Assembly (NCBI GenBank): GCA_950097015.1
Contig: CATNEN010000003.1
Coordinates: 10,354,001 to 10,418,000 of the forward strand
Direction of reading: 5' to 3'
Length of the DNA stretch: 64,000 nt
DNA from: Macrostomum hystrix
Lineage: Eukaryota; Animalia; Platyhelminthes
This document shows, piece by piece, positions 61,801-64,000 of the stretch. The position numbers and the translations under genes are program-made. Position 1 is the first letter of the stretch; each line of letters opens with the position of its first letter. The notes under the pieces were generated by a model. The model was not told where the DNA came from and searched no databases. It saw only the letters and a list, made by a program, of their open reading frames with translations.

Positions 61801-64000
61801 GTAGCATTCTGTCGCTAAATTCCCATGCCAGTGTAGCATTCTGTCGCTAAATTCCCAGGCCAGTGTAGCATTCTGTCGCTAAATTCCCATGCCAGTGTAG
61901 CATTCTGTCGCTAAATTCCCAGGCCAGTGTAGCATTCTGTCGCTAAATTCCCAGGCCAGTGTAGCATTCTGTCGCTAAATTCCCAGGCCAGTGTAGCATT
62001 CTGTCGCTAAATTCCCATGCCAGTGTAGCATTCTGTCGCTAAATTCCCATGCCAGTGTAGCATTCTGTCGCTAAATTCCCATGCCAGTGTAGCATTCTGT
62101 CGCTAAATTCCCATGCCAGTGTAGCATTCTGTCGCTAAATTCCCATGCCAGTGTAGCATTCTGTCGCTAAATTCCCATGCCAGTGTAGCATTCTGTCGCT
62201 AAATTCCCATGCCAGTGTAGCATTCTGTCGCTAAATTCCCATGCCAGTGTAGCATTCTGTCGCTAAATTCCCAGGCCAGTGTAGCATTCTGTCGCTAAAT
62301 TCCCAGGCCAGTGTAGCATTCTGTCGCTAAATTCCCATGCCAGTGTAGCATTCTGTCGCTAAATTCCCAGGCCAGTGTAGCATTCTGTCGCTAAATTCCC
62401 ATGCCAGTGTAGCATTCTGTCGCTAAATTCCCAGGCCAGTGTAGCATTCTGTCGCTAAATTCCCAGGCCAGTGTAGCATTCTGTCGCTAAATTCCCATGC
62501 CAGTGTAGCATTCTGTCGCTAAATTCCCAGGCCAGTGTAGCATTCTGTCGCTAAATTCCCAGGCCAGTGTAGCATTCTGTCGCTAAATTCCCAGGCCAGT
62601 GTAGCATTCTGTCGCTAAATTCCCATGCCAGTGTAGCATTCTGTCGCTAAATTCCCAGGCCAGTGTAGCATTCTGTCGCTAAATTCCCATGCCAGTGTAG
62701 CATTCTGTCGCTAAATTCCCAGGCCAGTGTAGCATTCTGTCGCTAAATTCCCAGGCCAGTGTAGCATTCTGTCGCTAAATTCCCAGGCCAGTGTAGCATT
62801 CTGTCGCTAAATTCCCATGCCAGTGTAGCATTCTGTCGCTAAATTCCATGCCAGTGTAGCATTCTGTCGCTAAATTCCCATGCCAGTGTAGCATTCTGTC
62901 GCTAAATTCCCATGCCAGTGTAGCATTCTGTCGCTAAATTCCCAGGCCAGTGTAGCATTCTGTCGCTAAATTCCCATGCCAGTGTAGCATTCTGTCGCTA
63001 AATTCCCAGGCCAGTGTAGCATTCTGTCGCTAAATTCCCAGGCCAGTGTAGCATTCTGTCGCTAAATTCCCAGGCCAGTGTAGCATTCTGTCGCTAAATT
63101 CCCAGGCCAGTGTAGCATTCTGTCGCTAAATTCCCAGGCCAGTGTAGCATTCTGTCGCTAAATTCCCAGGCCAGTGTAGCATTCTGTCGCTAAATTCCCA
63201 TGCCAGTGTAGCATTCTGTCGCTAAATTCCCATGCCAGTGTAGCATTCTGTCGCTAAATTCCCATGCCAGTGTAGCATTCTGTCGCTAAATTCCCATGCC
63301 AGTGTAGCATTCTGTCGCTAAATTCCCATGCCAGTGTAGCATTCTGTCGCTAAATTCCCAGGCCAGTGTAGCATTCTGTCGCTAAATTCCCATGCCAGTG
63401 TAGCATTCTGTCGCTAAATTCCCATGCCAGTGTAGCATTCTGTCGCTAAATTCCCATGCCAGTGTAGCATTCTGTCGCTAAATTCCCATGCCAGTGTAGC
63501 ATTCTGTCGCTAAATTCCCATGCCAGTGTAGCATTCTGTCGCTAAATTCCCATGCCAGTGTAGCATTCTGTCGCTAAATTCCCATGCCAGTGTAGCATTC
63601 TGTCGCTAAATTCCCATGCCAGTGTAGCATTCTGTCGCTAAATTCCCAGGCCAGTGTAGCATTCTGTCGCTAAATTCCCAGGCCAGTGTAGCATTCTGTC
63701 GCTAAATTCCCATGCCAGTGTAGCATTCTGTCGCTAAATTCCCAGGCCAGTGTAGCATTCTGTCGCTAAATTCCCAGGCCAGTGTAGCATTCTGTCGCTA
63801 AATTCCCATGCCAGTGTAGCATTCTGTCGCTAAATTCCCAGGCCAGTGTAGCATTCTGTCGCTAAATTCCCATGCCAGTGTAGCATTCTGTCGCTAAATT
63901 CCCATGCCAGTGTAGCATTCTGTCGCTAAATTCCCATGCCAGTGTAGCATTCTGTCGCTAAATTCCCAGGCCAGTGTAGCATTCTGTCGCTAAATTCCCA
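58896..64000. repeat. 32-bp satellite ttctgtcgctaaattccca(g/t)gccagtgtagca (~160 copies, runs off the window)
   Basis: Near-perfect tandem copies with one dimorphic site. Confidence 0.98.

Noticed and set aside
58896-64000. CRISPR-like 32-bp repeat; also the 34-bp (7375) and 43-bp (18565) arrays
   Set aside because: Units are directly adjacent with no unique spacers, no cas genes, and the context is eukaryotic.

Overview
Eukaryotic (animal) genomic DNA with GT-AG introns. By rough summation about half of the window (~35 kb) is made of ~30 different micro/minisatellite arrays. This architecture resembles the flatworm Macrostomum, but that is an inference and not verified. The left end holds three closely spaced + strand genes: the 3' end of a CCDC112-like gene, a 2-exon FAXDC2-like fatty acid hydroxylase/sterol desaturase gene, and a 3-coding-exon SYF2 gene. 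FAXDC2 and SYF2 each have a splice acceptor just upstream of the ATG, which makes the cluster a candidate SL-trans-spliced operon. Two copies of a tRNA-derived CORE-type SINE lie in opposite orientation in the FAXDC2 and SYF2 introns. An intronless 4-TM orphan ORF lies on the - strand at 19.2-20.3 kb. From ~29 kb onward is the 5' part of a large + strand gene, probably an AMPK gamma subunit (PRKAG/SNF4Agamma-like; CBS domains not in the window). It appears to have at least four alternative N-terminal exon cassettes, all ending in phase 0 and compatible with a shared exon at 55503. The window ends inside a 32-bp satellite with two unit variants. Nearly all long ORFs in the ORF track are translations of tandem repeats and were rejected.
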